A DNA stretch of 64,000 nucleotides from positions 1 to 64,000 of the forward strand of contig JYFJ02000689.1 of assembly GCA_000934665.2 (NCBI GenBank), given 5' to 3'. The notes under the pieces are model-generated. The model worked only from the letters and a program-made list of their open reading frames with translations. It was not told the DNA's origin and made no database searches. The stretch comes from Catajapyx aquilonaris (lineage: Eukaryota). The translations under genes were made by a program, and so were the position numbers. This document shows, one piece after another, positions 26,425-39,277 of this stretch; position 1 is the stretch's first letter, and every line of letters begins with the position of its first letter.

Positions 26425-29201
26425 CCTGTGATAGGGCCAAGCCCGAAACAATATTATTATTTGGGTGTGCAAATAATTGCTGGTAGTTTATTATATAACA
26501 TTTGTGTTGTTTCATTCATTATCCCATATAACATATTCATGTTATTTATTATATCATTACATGTTCATGTTATTTATTTATTATATCATTACATGTTCAT
26601 GTTAATTTAGTTAAATAATATTACATTTAATTGAGTTAATATATTATATCTACTTGGTATCTGATCTTTTATTTTGTAACATTTAATAGCACACCCTGCA
26701 CATTTACAGTCACAGAAAAATCAGGATTTGAACCAAGGGGGTCTTGGCACATACTTTTCAAACATTATATATGCATTTTTATAAGAGAGAGAAAATGCCT
26801 GCCGTGCCATCCTCCCAGTCTGTCGTGTTGAGATTATGCTAATTCTTTTACGCTCACCGGACCCTGATCCCCATTTTTATGCACCAAAAAGGCCGGCCCA
26901 CCAGGTGAGATTATATGCCCCAATTAATGCGGCCAGCACGGCACCATTTTTCCAACAACGTGTCGCTTGGGCCGCTTGCAACAATGACGCTGTGTGCCTG
27001 TCTGTAGTATGGACAATGTGTGTGTGCACAAGTTGGCCGCTATCAGCTCACTCTGAGTCCTTGCCCTGCGGTTGATATCAAGTGACAGGAAGCGCAGTAC
27101 GTCAAGCCTGAAAAAAAAGTTCCCTGCCCATGTTTCAATCACATTCTCATGATTAGCAAATTATCTGACCCGGAAAGGCCCAATTACACCACTCCGCAGT
27201 GGTGCAATCAGAGTGATTCAACACTAATAGTATTTTGACTGCATGGTATTAAAAAAAACACATGAATGAAGCAGTTGGCAAAACAACTTTAAGAAAGAAA
27301 AAAAAAAGTTGGATCAGTTCCCATCCGCAGCCCTCAATCATCACGTCTGTCGATAGCAAGCCACAGTTCATCACATACACACACACACACTCCAGGCCTC
27401 CCCGTTCGGTCCCTATTACATTGCACGCACACACTTCGACATGCGCCACTTTGGCCCCTTTGGATCGCAGCCACCCAAACCCATTGCGGCTACCGGGGGC
27501 GGCTTTAATTGCAGCAATTTCTCAGCACATGTCAACACTGTAAGCGCACTGGCTTGTGCATTTGTTTGCACTGCCAGGCAACCACACACATCTCTATATA
27601 CACACATATAAAAGGCAAAGTCTGTTTGTTTGTTTGTCCATGCTTGAGGGCCATTGCAGCAAGGTTGCCATGGCATCAACGACTGATCGTTGCCGATTAC
27701 CCCATGGAAGCAAGATCCATTTATAAAAGCAGGCAAAGTTCGTTTGCTTGTCCAGATGTGGGAACCATGGCAATGGATTTACATGGCAACCGGCTGCCAT
27801 GGCATCAACGACTGGTTGTTGATAACAAAACCATGGCAACAGCCGCTGCAGCTAGTAATAAAATATAAATATAAAATATATTTAAAAAAGAAATCTAATA
27901 GAGGCAGTTACGTTCAGGAACCATGGCAACAGATGTCCATTGCAACCGGTTGCCATGGCATCAAAAACAATGGACCGTTGTTGCTGATTCCCAATGGAAC
28001 CTGCCTCTGGCAGTAATAAAATAAGCATCCCAACATATAGAATATAAAAAAACACCGAAATCATATTTAACGACAGTTTGTTCATATTCAGGAACCATGG
28101 CAACCCGTTGCCATGGTACCAATAGGGATTGATTGTTGCTGATTACATTACCATGGGAAACAGGCCCATTAATTCATACCCATTTCTAAAAATATGGCTG
28201 GTTGTCCCATGGCAACAGCTTTGCCATGGCAACCAGTTGCCGTGGCATCAACAACTGATATAAACAGTACCATGGAAACAGCCCCATTTACAAAAATGGT
28301 CAGCTTTTGTTTGTTTGTCCACAGTTGAGAGGCGTGGCAACTGGTTGCCATGATATCAATGGCTGATCGAATTGCGTCTTACCTCGAGTACAGGCCCGGC
28401 ACTGAGTATGGTCTGCTCCACCCCGCTCCCGTGCGTCCCCTTCTGACTGAGGGCCGTCAGATGGTGCAGAAGGAAGTTGGTGCTCTCGGTCTTTCCGCTC
28501 CCACTCTCGCCACTGATCACCACGCACTGGTTCCGCCTCTCCTTGAGCATCGCGTGGTACGCAGCGTCCGCAATTGCAAATATGTGCGGAGGAAGCTCCT
28601 CCAGCCGCCTGCTCTGGTAGAGCTTCACGTACTTGGGGTTGTAGATCGGGTGGAACTTGAAGGGGTTGACGGCGATCAAGATTGAACCGACGTACGTGTA
28701 GATGTGACCTGCGTTGAATCTCGCTCGGAGGTTGCCAAGAAGCGTCTCCTCGTTCAGGTCCGGCAGCTGGCACAAGTCTGGGTATTCCTTGTCTTTTGGT
28801 TGGTACAGGAAGCGGTAGAAGTAATCGCGTATGACCTGCGGGTCCGTCGCGAAGTTTTCCGTCCAGAGCGAGTCAGTCAGGCGCTCTCGGAGGCAGAAGT
28901 GGTAGGCTTCCTCCGTACTCTCGGTACCTTTCGGCCACAGTAGCATGAGCGCAACGGGGCTCTCCGTCGGACCCAGCCGCCTCTCCTTGCACTCCTGCCC
29001 GAAGCTGTTCCCCACCACCTCCGCCAGCTCATACTCCTGCGGCGCACCTAGCCTGAGCTTATCGGTGATGCACGACACTATCTCCTCCGCCTTGGTCGCC
29101 TTCGAGGCCTCCACCGACAGGGCCTCGAAGTGCTGCGACAAAGCACCAACATACACCTGCACCACATACCGAGCACCTTCCGTCGGGGCTATGTCACCCA
29201 T
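1944..29201 (-). CDS. Myo9: Unconventional myosin IX (RA domain, motor with loop-2 insert, IQ motifs, two C1 domains, RhoGAP), ~2108 aa
   Basis: Motifs: P-loop [34 protein letters not shown] motifs (IQRWFR, IQKVWRG), two C1 His/Cys clusters, RhoGAP GLYRKS. Coding exons, all GT-AG: 29201-28383, 12609-12515, 12256-12094, 10067-9932, 9854-9595, 9535-9228, 9166-9031, 8976-8778, 8720-8648, 7521-7240, 7184-7071, 7011-6786, 6729-6475, 6407-6280, 6198-5998, 5900-5800, 5740-5615, 5560-5078, 5024-4800, 4743-4445, 4384-4226, 4170-3873, 3811-3473, 3416-3073, 3018-2655, 2137-1944. Sum is 6327 nt, in frame. A short 5'UTR intron lies at 29245-29316. Confidence 0.96.
2395..2525 (-). CDS. Myo9: Candidate alternative terminal exon of myosin IX ([10 protein letters not shown]...RQSSSHC*)
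   Basis: Acceptor tttttgcag at 2526-2527 is phase 1, in frame with the donor at 2654. The frame is open to a stop at 2395. Confidence 0.5.
11060..11840. repeat. ~25-bp minisatellite (cttctttaatagtgtcactaagaga) in a myosin intron
   Basis: Many tandem copies that diverge towards the right. Confidence 0.9.
11843..11943. mobile_element. Palindromic MITE, family A (GGTGGAATT...TTCCACC)
   Basis: Near-complete hairpin, with related copies at 22627-22697 and ~31026-31113. Confidence 0.7.
13495..13800. repeat. 29-bp tandem repeat (gttatttccagagcgagtaattattaata)
   Basis: About 10 near-identical copies. Confidence 0.9.
15240..15520. repeat. ~44-bp AT-rich tandem repeat
   Basis: The unit taactaaatgcaataactaatatttaataaatggctaat repeats about 5 times. 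Confidence 0.85.
16660..16880. repeat. AT-rich tandem repeat (taataagtaattg...)
   Basis: Visible tandem copies of 20-33 bp. Confidence 0.8.
19283..19478. mobile_element. Tc1/mariner-type MITE, 196-bp palindrome with TA TSD
   Basis: Ends read TA|CAGGGTGGTCCAAGTTCAAG...CTTGAACTTGGACCACCCTG|TA, with a near-perfect inverted repeat throughout. Confidence 0.85.
20251..20385. mobile_element. GC-rich foldback repeat (ggacttttcgccccc units), partial copy at 22979-23056
   Basis: Direct and inverted sub-repeats. The start tgggtctcggacttttcgccccc is identical at 20252 and 22979. Confidence 0.65.
21477..21593. mobile_element. Small inverted-repeat element (CTCTAGCAAACTTG...CAAGTTTGCTAGAG)
   Basis: 14-bp perfect terminal inverted repeats that extend imperfectly inward. 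Confidence 0.5.
22627..22697. mobile_element. Palindromic MITE, family A
   Basis: ggtggaattatcgtcccactgctag...ctagcagtgggacgaaaagtccacc. Confidence 0.7.
27590..28350. repeat. Helitron-like non-autonomous repeat fragments with CCATGGCAAC-rich sub-repeats
   Basis: Starts tctctatata...tataaaaggcaaagtctgtttgtttgtttgtcc. The same signature recurs at ~26280, 30865, 35490-35900, 37140-37260, 38490-39000 and 48100-48960. Confidence 0.55.
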
Positions 29202-29889
29202 TTTGCACCAGGATCACACACTCGCGCACTTAGCACATCACAGCCTGAAAAAAGACAACGCATCGTTAGTTCGTCCATAATGTTCGCTTGGTTGTTTGTC
29301 CATGCTGTGTACTCACCTCCTCCCTCAGTCTCTCTCCACCTCCTGTTATTTTGTTATCAGGTCAGCTCCACCTCTTGACCTCCTGCCGTCTCCTGCTGAC
29401 CCTGTCCATGCTCCACCAGCCCATTTGTTTGTTCGCACACTTCTTGTCCCCTTCCTCTTGTCCTGTCCTCTCTGCCTCTCTCTCCAAGTAGTGTCCCTCT
29501 CTGTCCCCTCTTCTCAGGACCACCTTCACCTGTTCCACCGCCACACAATCTGGAAGCACCACATCCTCCTCTGCTGCCCCCTCCTGCCTTGTCCTCACTT
29601 CTTCTTGTTCTAAAAAAACACCCCCTCTCTCTCCACCACCTCCGCCTTCCACCACACCCGCCCCCGTTTTCAAGACATCTGCGCAACAGACACCTGCGCA
29701 TGCCACACTTCCCCCCAGCCCCCCACCTCCCCCTCCCTCAATGAAAAAGGCAAAATTTAGCACAGCTGCTACAGCCACTTTGGAGGAAGCAGCTTGTGGC
29801 CAAAGCTGCTTGTGGGAAGCTGCTACATTTCGAATCAGTGGGGGTCGTTTTTAGCCCAGCAGTGAACTGTCCCGTTTTTGTGCCGCGGA

Positions 29890-30740
29890 ACGAACGTTAC
29901 TGTGGCTTTGCCATTTCCCTGTTATTATTAACATCGTCATCATATGTACTGGCGCAGTCCAACGAATGTTCCTGTGGCTTTGCCATTTCCCCGTTATTAT
30001 TATCATCGTCATCATATGTACTGGCGCAGTCCAACGAATGTTACTGTGGCTTTGCCATTTCCCTGTTATTATTATCATCGTCAGCATTTAACTATGTACT
30101 GGCTCAGTCCAACGAATGTTACTGTGGCTTTGCCATTTCCCTACTATTATTATCATTATCGTCGTCATCATTTAGCTATGTACTGGCGCAGTCCAACGAA
30201 TGTTACTGTGGCCCATTTGCCTGTTATTATTATCATCGTCATCATATGTACTGGCGCAGTCCAACGAATGTTATTGTGGCTTTGCCATTTCCCTGTTATT
30301 ATTTATCATTATCATCGTCATCATTTAACCAGGGAGCATATACTACATAAGAGGCGCAAACTTCTGTCGGCGCCTTTGATGTTCGCGTCTCTCTGTTTGG
30401 GCCCGTTGCTAAGGCTGGCGGCCATTTTTGAAGTGTGGGGAACGCCAACGAGGTATAAATAGAGTACAGGCAAAAAATAGGGTCCGCCATCTGTGATGGT
30501 CTTTGGCGGCCATGGCAACTACACGGCAAGAACACGCGGGAATCAAAGATGACGGACCCTATTTATACCTCGTTGGCGTTCCCCACACTTCAAAATGGCC
30601 GCCAGCCTTGGCAATGCCCCAAACAGAGATACGCGGAAACCGAATATTTGCGCCTCTTATGTAGTTTATGCTCCCTGATTTAACTATGTACTGCCCGCAG
30701 TCCAACGAATGTTACTGCGGCTTTGCCATTTCCCTTTTAT
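29890..30740. repeat. ~69-78-bp minisatellite (tatgtactggcgcagtccaacgaatgttactgtggctttgccatttccctgttatt), interrupted by a MITE
   Basis: About 6 units to the left of 30330 and 1 unit to the right of 30677. Confidence 0.9.
30330..30677. mobile_element. 348-bp MITE with long TIRs and 7-bp TSD (ATTTAAC)
   Basis: Ends read CAGGGAGCATA..TACATAAGAGGCGCAAA ... TTTGCGCCTCTTATGTA..TATGCTCCCTG. ATTTAAC lies at 30323-30329 and 30678-30684. Confidence 0.85.
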
Positions 30741-31025
30741 TAGCCGTTATTATTTATGACTGTCATCATTATAATAATTATTAAATAGCCTACTGTATTG
30801 TTTCCTGTATTTATAGTAGCAGCAGAGCCAGTTCTTCGCAATGGATGGGCGACCATTGCTACAAATGGCAAAGTTTGTTTGTTTGTCCCACATATGGGTA
30901 TGAAATGGGTATACAACGAAACCTGCTGGACAAACAAACGAACTTGGCTTTTTAGAATAAATGATATGATGAGATGTGTTACTATCAACTATTATTGCTA
31001 TTAACTACCAGTACTATTGCTATTG

Positions 31026-31113
31026 GGTGTAATTTTCGTCCCACTGCTAGTTACTGCTGCTAACTTCGCAGTCTCTCTGGTACTGCTAAGTTAGCAGTAA
31101 CTAGCAGTGGGAC
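31026..31113. mobile_element. Palindromic MITE, family A (right end truncated)
   Basis: gtcccactgctagttactgc...gcagtaactagcagtgggac. Confidence 0.6.
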
Positions 31114-31380
31114 CCCCCTTATTAACTAATTAATAGTGTTAATAACTATCATCATTTTGATTATGATTAGGGCAGGACTACAACATGGTGGGTCAGAATA
31201 AAATAAAACGACGCAAAATGTTGTTGGCTCAATTGTAATATTTTTTGTTCCCAGTAAATGTCCTGCGGAGTACAATACTCTGTGTGTCTAACCTGCAGCC
31301 TGAAAACACTGGCCGTCACTTGCTGACGTACAAGTCTATTATCATCACTTTTCCTGATTAATTACGGAGGGTGTCGGCTG

Positions 31381-34300
31381 TCAGGATGGGGTGTCCGAGG
31401 AGAAGGCTACTTGGTACACGTCCTCGTAGTTCTTGACAAAGTTGACCTCCAGGCCGTCCGTGATGAACTTCTGAAGGTCGTCAAAGTCCTTGCGGTTCTC
31501 CTCGGGAAGGATGATGCAGTTGACACCAGCGCGTTTGGCCTGCAGGTACAAATAGTGTTAATATCACGTAGGACAAATGGGACGAAAGTGTCTCACCGCA
31601 ATTATTTTCTCCTTGATACCGCCAACAGGAAGTATCTTCCCTGTGAGCGACACCTCCCCGGTCATCGCCAGATTCTGTCTGATCGGCTGGTTAGTTGCTA
31701 ACGACAGCAGCGCTGTCACGATGGTACACCCTGCGCTTGGGCCGTCCTTTGGCGTCGCTCCCTGGAAAACAACAGGTTCAAACCATACTAGGTACTTCAA
31801 TCCACGTACTTACCTCCGGGACATGCAGGTGAATCGCAGCCGAATCGAAGAAGCTGTTCTGTTGGTCTATCCTCGCGAGGAATCCTTTCGATACTGTGTA
31901 CGCAATGTGGGCACTTTCCTTCATTACGTCGCCCAGATGTCCGGTCAGCTCCAGCGAACCGCCCGCAGTCGTCCCTTCCCCGACTTGGTTGGCTGGCTCC
32001 CTGCGTACTCCCAGTGCCTTTTTCAAGGTTGTTTCGACGAACAGGGTCGATCCGCCCATGGCCGTCCAAGCCAAACCCATAACGACACCAGGGGGTGTCT
32101 CTTCGTACATGCGATCCTGCGTGAACACCGGCTTTCCGACAAATTCCTGTAGATTGTCACCAGTCACGGTCACTAAGGGTGATTCAGACCGGACTAGGCG
32201 GACAGCCGTCTTCCGCAGGATTTTCTCGACATGCTTCTGCAGGTTGCGGACACCGCTCTCTCGACAGTACGACCTAATGAGCGAGTTGAGCGCATCGTCC
32301 TCGATGACCAGGCTTTCCGGGGTGATCCCAGACAACGTCATGGCCTGCGGGACCAGGTAAATGCGTGCGATGGCCAGCTTTTCCTCCGCGACATACCCGG
32401 ACACTTCAATCATCTCCATTCGGTCTCGCAGCGGCTCCGGAATGTGTTCGGCTACGTTGGCTGTGCAGATGAACAGGACCTTCGAGAGGTCTATAGGGAC
32501 GTCCAGGTAGTGATCCAAAAAGTAGTGGTTCTGCTCCGGATCCAGGAGCTCCAATAATGCGGACGATGGATCGCCCTGGTAGCCCCGTCCCATCTTGTCC
32601 ACCTCATCGATCAACACAAGCGGATTCTCAGTCTTGGTCTTCTTCAGGCACTGGATTATCTTTCCGGGCATTGCGCCGATGTACGTTCTGCGATGTCCCT
32701 TGATCTCCGCCACGTCCGTCATGCCTCCCACGCTGAACCGGAAGTACTCGCGGTTCAGCGCACGTGCTATCGACCGTGCGATTGAAGTCTTACCAACGCC
32801 TGGAGGGCCATGAAAGCACAGGATCTTGCCTTGGGTACTGCCTTTAAGCTGGCTCACCGCAATGAACTCTGTAAGATCGTGCATGTGAGTGTGCAGCCAT
32901 TATCATAATGATGATGATAATAACTATACTAGCAGTGGTATTCATCCTTTACACTCCCAAATACTGTAATAATATGTATTAAACTGAGTAAATAAGAAAA
33001 TTAACCAAATAATTCAAAATTTTAACAAAGTAACAAAAATGCCTAAATAACTAATAAAATGCATAAATAGCTCTTTACACACAAGTAGCTATTAAAATGA
33101 GTAGATAACTATTAATACGAAAATAACTATTACTGATTAGTTAGACAAATACACAAATAACTATTAAAATAAAGTAGCTTTTAATATACAAATAACTATT
33201 AAAATAAAATAGCTATTAATACACAAAAAACTATTAACCCAAGTAGATAACCATTGAAATAAAATAGCTATTAATACACAAATAACTATTAACCTGAGTA
33301 GATAACCATTGAAATAAAATAGCTATTAATACACAAATAACTATTAACCTGAGTAGATAACCATTGAAATAAAATAGCTATTAATACACAAATAACTATT
33401 AACCTGAGTAGATAACCATTGAAATAAAATAGCTCTTACTACGCAAATAACTATTAACCTGAGTAGATAACCATTGAAATAAAATAGCTCTTACTATGCA
33501 AATAACTTAATCTGAGTAGATAACCATTGAAATAAAATAGCTAGTAATACACATATAACTATTTAGCTGTAAAATAGGCCTTTAATACAAATAACTAATA
33601 AATCAAGTAGATAACTAGTATTACACAAGTAACTATTAAACTGAATAGATAACTAGTATTACACAAGTAACTATTAAACTGAATAGATAACTAGTATTAC
33701 ACAAGTAACTATTAAACTGAATAGATAACTAGTATTACACAAGTAACTATTAAACTGAATAGATAACTATTAATACACAAATGAATAGTAAAATAATTTA
33801 CATAAACAACTAGTAAAATTTTAAAATGAATGCATAATATTTAAGAATAACAACAACCTAACACCCGCTTCTTGACTTCGTCCATCCCGTAGTGGTCCTC
33901 GTCCAGTATGCTGCTGGCCCTGTCCAGGTCCAGGTTCTCTGGGCTGAACACGCCCCACGGAAGGGTCGTTAGCCAGTCCAGGTAATTGCGGGTCACGCTG
34001 TAAACCGCCATTAATTAGTAAGGGTCGTCAAGTAAGGGAATTGTAATGATTTACTTGAACTCCGACGAATGGTTGTCCAGGAATCCGAGTTTGCCCAGCT
34101 CCTCCTCGATGACGTCCATGACCGGCTTGGGCACCTGCTTGTCCTTCAGGCGCTCCCTGAACTTCTCCTCGATGGCGTCCTTGTCCTCCTTTTCAATCCC
34201 CAGCTCCTTCTTGATGACCTTCAACTGCTCTTGGAGCATGTACTTGCGATGCTGCTGCTTCACCTTCTCCTCCACCTCGCGTCCGATCTTCTGCTGGAGC

Positions 34301-35914
34301 TTGGACAGCTCATACTCTTTCTTCAGAAGCGACAAGGAAAGCAGGAGCCGCTTTGGGATGTTCGTCTCCTCCAGTATTGTCTGCAGTTCGTGCGGTTCTG
34401 CAACGGTTAACGCGGCGCCGAGATCGGACAGGTAAACGGGGTTGTCCACTACCCGCTGTCCATGTTGGAGCAGCTGCTGGATGCTCTCTCTGTCGACAAA
34501 TCATGGATTACACCCACTCAGTACGAGCATTGACGAGCGTACCTGTACAGCGGATTCAGACTAATAATGTCCCGGATCGTCTTAATAATTTCCTGCATCA
34601 GCGCTTTCACCTCTTCCGACACTCTGAACTTATCGTGTGTCACGTTCTCCACTTGCGCCATCAGAACCGGTTGCGGCTCATTCGAAACCACTTCCGGCGC
34701 TGGCGGCTCGGGTGCCGCATTCTTCTTCTTCCGTCGCCGTCTTCTGCGTCCGTTTGCGCCATCGTCTTCTACAAAGGTGGTAAGCGATGTTTTTAAGTGC
34801 GGGAACTTTATGGTCATGGCTGCAGAAGTGACATGAGCTGAAGGATTCAGTGCGTCCGTAATTACAGCGCTTTACCTTCAATTCCATCCGAGTCGTCCTC
34901 TATGAACTGTCCGGTGATCTTGATCCGTCTGTGGGCCATCACGATCATACGGAGCTTGTCGCCAGAGTCCTGCAGCTCATGGATCTGAACAAATGTTCCG
35001 ACCGAGTAAATGTCGTCCAGATTCTCCACAACTTCACGTTCGTTCCTTCGTTTAAAAAAAAGGGCATGTTACATACCGGTAATTTGCAATGCTCACGTAC
35101 TTACCCTTCATTTTTCTTAAGGAAGACTCCGGCGTACGGTTGGTTCAACCGAACTTTCCGCCTGATCAGGTCCATCAAGCTCTTTTCCGACACCTGAAAA
35201 CAACCGGTCATTAAATTTCCGCTGTACCTGTCATTAACTCTGGGCTTTACCTCGATGATCTTAATGAACCTTGGAAACACCGGATTCCTATTAATCGCAA
35301 TAATCGGCACCTGAGGCCAAATGTCCGGCACAGTCAGAGTCGCCGGAAGCGTGTGCGCCACCGGGTTCGCATCGGAATACGGCTGCGGGTCCGCATCCGG
35401 ATCCTTCGGGTCGCTCGGGTCCTTTAAAATATTAATTATTATTTCATTATTTTATTGCATTACTAGCACGTAGCCTGTTCTCTTCACACATGCTCTTACC
35501 AAACAAACTAATCAAAACAAAAAGTTGCCATGCAGACTCGTGGCCATGGTACAGTTGGCATGGACAAACAAACCAACAAACTTGGCCGTTTACATTTATA
35601 AGTCAAATGGCCATGGACAAACAAACTTGGTCTTTTACATTAGTCAAATTGCCACGGCCATGTTGCCACGGTACAGTTGCCATGGACAAACGAACCAACA
35701 AACTTGGCCGTTTACATTTATAAGTCAAAATGGCCATGGTAATGTTGCCATGGACAAACAAACTTGGCCTTTTACATTAGTCAAATTGCCATGGCACAGT
35801 TGGCACGGACAACCAAACCAACTGACAAACGTTGCATTTTATGTGCAATGGTGACTAAACCTGGACAAACACAAACATTTGCCTTTTTTTCTGCACACTA
35901 AAAATGCAGTTTAC

Positions 35915-35966
<52 letters not shown>

Positions 35967-36192
35967 GGTCTTTAAAGTGTTATACCTTTGGATCGTTTGG
36001 ATCTTTGGGTCCGGATGAGTTGTTGGTGGACATGCATCGCTCCAACCTGTATCGAGCGAGGCCGTTCGTCGGATGTTCCAGAAGCACCACCCTGCTTGTT
36101 GTTGGCACCACCTTTGCTGTGGGTGCCACGGCCACTCGTGGTCGCACGGTGCCGCGTAGTACCAGGCCGGACCTCAACACTCGGCTCAGCAT
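31381..36192 (-). CDS. LONP1: Mitochondrial Lon protease homolog, 938 aa
   Basis: Arg-rich N-terminal presequence, Walker A GPPGVGKT, Walker B LIDEVD, catalytic Ser in PKDGPSAG and Lys in GGIKEK. Exons: 36192-35986, 35421-35251, 35193-35105, 35045-34876, 34768-34543, 34489-34055, 33997-33858, 32868-31814, 31761-31597, 31539-31381 (2817 nt). Confidence 0.96.
33100..33780. repeat. Compound minisatellite (55-bp then 37-bp units) in Lon intron 7
   Basis: About 6 copies of gtagataaccattgaaataaaatagct..., then about 4 copies of ctagtattacacaagtaactattaaactgaatagataa. Confidence 0.9.
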
Positions 36193-37607
36193 GTCGGAGG
36201 CGACTCTTCTTCTTCTTCTTTTCCCTCGTCGTATTACGACATGAGGACACGTCGGGTTCTCATCATCATCATTTCACGTGTAGGCCGCCATCTTGAAATT
36301 GGAACGGTATCTGGCCACTCTGGAATCACCTTCGAATTTTTAATATTCATTTTGTGGTTTCACATACCTCGAAAATTATTGTTCAATATTACACATAATT
36401 ATCCGCAATGGTGTGAAAAACCTGTTTTATTTACTAGATAAACCTGGGTTATTCCGAAAATAAGCGGCTATAAGCAATAAGCATTGAAGGGAGGTTCTAA
36501 AATAGCTGCTAGAAATAACAGCACTTTTTTGTTAATAATGCAGTATATTTATGAGATGATAATAATTATGTACATAATACGAATAAATCATTATTTATTT
36601 TTACTTATTTATTTCTATTATCTGCAGTACGTACATATTATTTATATATTACTTAATTATTAGTATGATCTATATTATTTTTACTTATTTGTATTGCCGT
36701 ATCTATATTAACACTAATCTAATTAAATCAATTAATATAATACAAATAAGTAAAAAATAATATAAATAATACGAATGAATAATAATATAAATAATACGAA
36801 TGAATAATAATATAATACGAATGAATAATAATATAAATAATACGAATGAATAATAATATAAATAATACGAATGAATAATAATATAAGTAACACGCATAAA
36901 AGGTAAAAAAAACATTATATAGATAATATACATAAAAAGTAATAAATGAAATAGATAATACAAATAATAAATGAAATAGATAATATACATTAGAAAAATT
37001 ACAATACAAATTATTTAGATTACACAACTACATTTATATATTACATATTAATTCTTATATTATTTTGCTACGAACTTAACTCGTTCTTTGCAAGATAAGA
37101 AAGAAAATTGTGCAGATCTACTGTATATGAAAACCAAATCTGGACAAACAAACTTTGCATTATATATTAATTCATATTTATCTCTTATTGTAAGCCCCCT
37201 ATTATATTTGTATTATAAAAGTCAAAGTTTGTCTCTGTGTCCGGGGTGAATGTTTGTCCAAGTTTGGTCGCCAAGAGAATATACTGTAGCCTATATTTCG
37301 CATTGCTTTTTAAATTTAAAATTAAAAAAGTCCCTTATTGTGAATAAGCAATGATTTTTCCCTTAACTTGTGTTCACGCAGTTGGACGGATTCGTGTTGC
37401 ATGTTTCATGTCCATGTCTGCACCTTGTGGTTGCTGCATACCGAACTAACAATGCTGACAGGTAAAATAATGCAGTGTCCAACAGGTTGGGATAAATGGA
37501 TCAAAAGTAGGATCCACAATATTTATTGGACATATCTCGCTTTATCCAATATGGAAAAACCAGCATCGCAAACCTCTATGTACACACAAATATGCCCGGC
37601 GAGACCT

Positions 37608-38871
37608 TCACTTGAACTTGAAGAAGTTTCGGAAGAATGACCAGTCCTCCAGGTTTCCCTGTAAGGGAAGGTCGCTCGGGTGTTCTATGTTGACGAAATC
37701 CTCCACACTTTCTGGCTGTCCGGTGCTGTCCTTCTTGAGGGTCAGCGAGTGGGATTGGTCACCACGACTGCGGGTGACGGTTGTCTCCTCTTTACCGGTA
37801 CTGTCACGCACCGTACGACGCTCCTCCACAGTCTGAAATGGACATTAAAGTATGTAATCATGTGGGTATGAACCTGACATAAGCTGCGCTAACCCACTCA
37901 AAAAAAGTAAATTAATAGTAATTAATATTAATGGGATACACACTCCATCAGGCAGCTGAATCCTCTGAATCCTTATGCTGTTGTGAAACGACTTGATCAA
38001 TGGCTGTTCATGCTGGGGCTTCGGGAACAGCTCTTGGATTCTGCATATAAAGAGAGTTGTTACGTACTGTACGCACATTTTAAGTACAAACGCTAGTACC
38101 TGCCATCCAAATCAACGTCCTGCTTGTCTGTGTCCTCCACATAACCCATTGAATCGCCTGGAGTGTCCGGAGTCTTCAGCATCCGATCACGTATGGAGCC
38201 AGGTTCAGAATCGGGCACTAAAACAAGTACGATTTTACCTTCCGTACTTGGCAACAACCACAATCGTTCAATTACCTGCGGATGGCCTCATCATCCCAAA
38301 CTGTTTCATGAACTCGTCCATCTGCTGCTCAAAGTACCGGTGCATCTCAAGCGGGTTGGTGAACACATTGAACCCGAAGAAGTCACGTCCCCAGTCGGAC
38401 CCACCGTACGGATCGTCAGACTCAAATGGCGTGAAAGCATCAGGGAAATCCTGCCTGAAATAATGTCCACATGATAATAAATCAGGCCAGGACAACCATA
38501 CATACAAACACGGACAAACAACCAAACACATCCTTTTATAATGGACAATAATAATGTCGTCGTCATCAATACCTGGACAAACCTAGACACAAATCGACAA
38601 ACAAACAAACTTTGTCCACTATAATAATTATAGATTATTGTTGTTGTCATCATCGTTGTCAATCATCATTATTATTACCTGGACAAACCAACAAACACAC
38701 AAATGGACAAACAAACAAACTTTGCCCACAATAATATAGATTATTGTTGTTGTCGTTGTTGTCGTCATCGTTGTCAATCATCATTATTACCTGGACCGAC
38801 CCGGACAAACCAACAAACACACAAATCGACAAACTTTCCCTTACAAACGATTATTGCTACTACTGTTGCTG

Positions 38872-38925
<54 letters not shown>

Positions 38926-39032
38926 GCAGCAGCAGCAGCACAGCCTGTTGCCATGGTTTGCTTTTTGTCGCAACGGACAAACATGCAAACTTTCTCTTAT
39001 ATATGTATGGTTGTTGTTGTTGCTGCTGCTGC

Positions 39033-39091
<59 letters not shown>

Positions 39092-39277
39092 AGTGTTTTG
39101 CACTGAAGATGATGCAAGGTTTTTGGGTCCTTCCTTTTGCTGTTTTTTTTTTTCTCGTTGTTACCTGTCTGTGTAGTTGTCTTCGTCTCTGTCGTCGACG
39201 CTCTGCGTTGGTTCCTGTGCCGGCGGGAGGCGTCGGTCGGCGCCGAATATCCGTCTAAACGTGCCGAAAAGGTCCAT
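37608..39277 (-). CDS. HAX1: HCLS1-associated protein X-1-like, 243 aa
   Basis: HAX1-type motifs: N-terminal MDLFGTF, IRDRMLK, DVDLDG, PDGTVEERRTVRDSTGKEETTVTR, hydrophobic/basic C-terminus. Exons: 39277-39165, 38454-38276, 38217-38100, 38040-37944, 37832-37608 (732 nt). Confidence 0.85.

Noticed and set aside
29796..30462. Repetitive ORFs (YVLAQSNECYCGFAISLLLL; MYWRSPTNV) that look like a polyprotein or peptide precursor
   Set aside because: They are translations of a minisatellite whose units are multiples of 3, open in several frames, with no splice or promoter support.
38703..39258. Poly-I/L/Y/N ORFs
   Set aside because: They are (ATT)n microsatellites in HAX1 intron 1. Similar tracts lie at 26350-26420 and 35915-35965.
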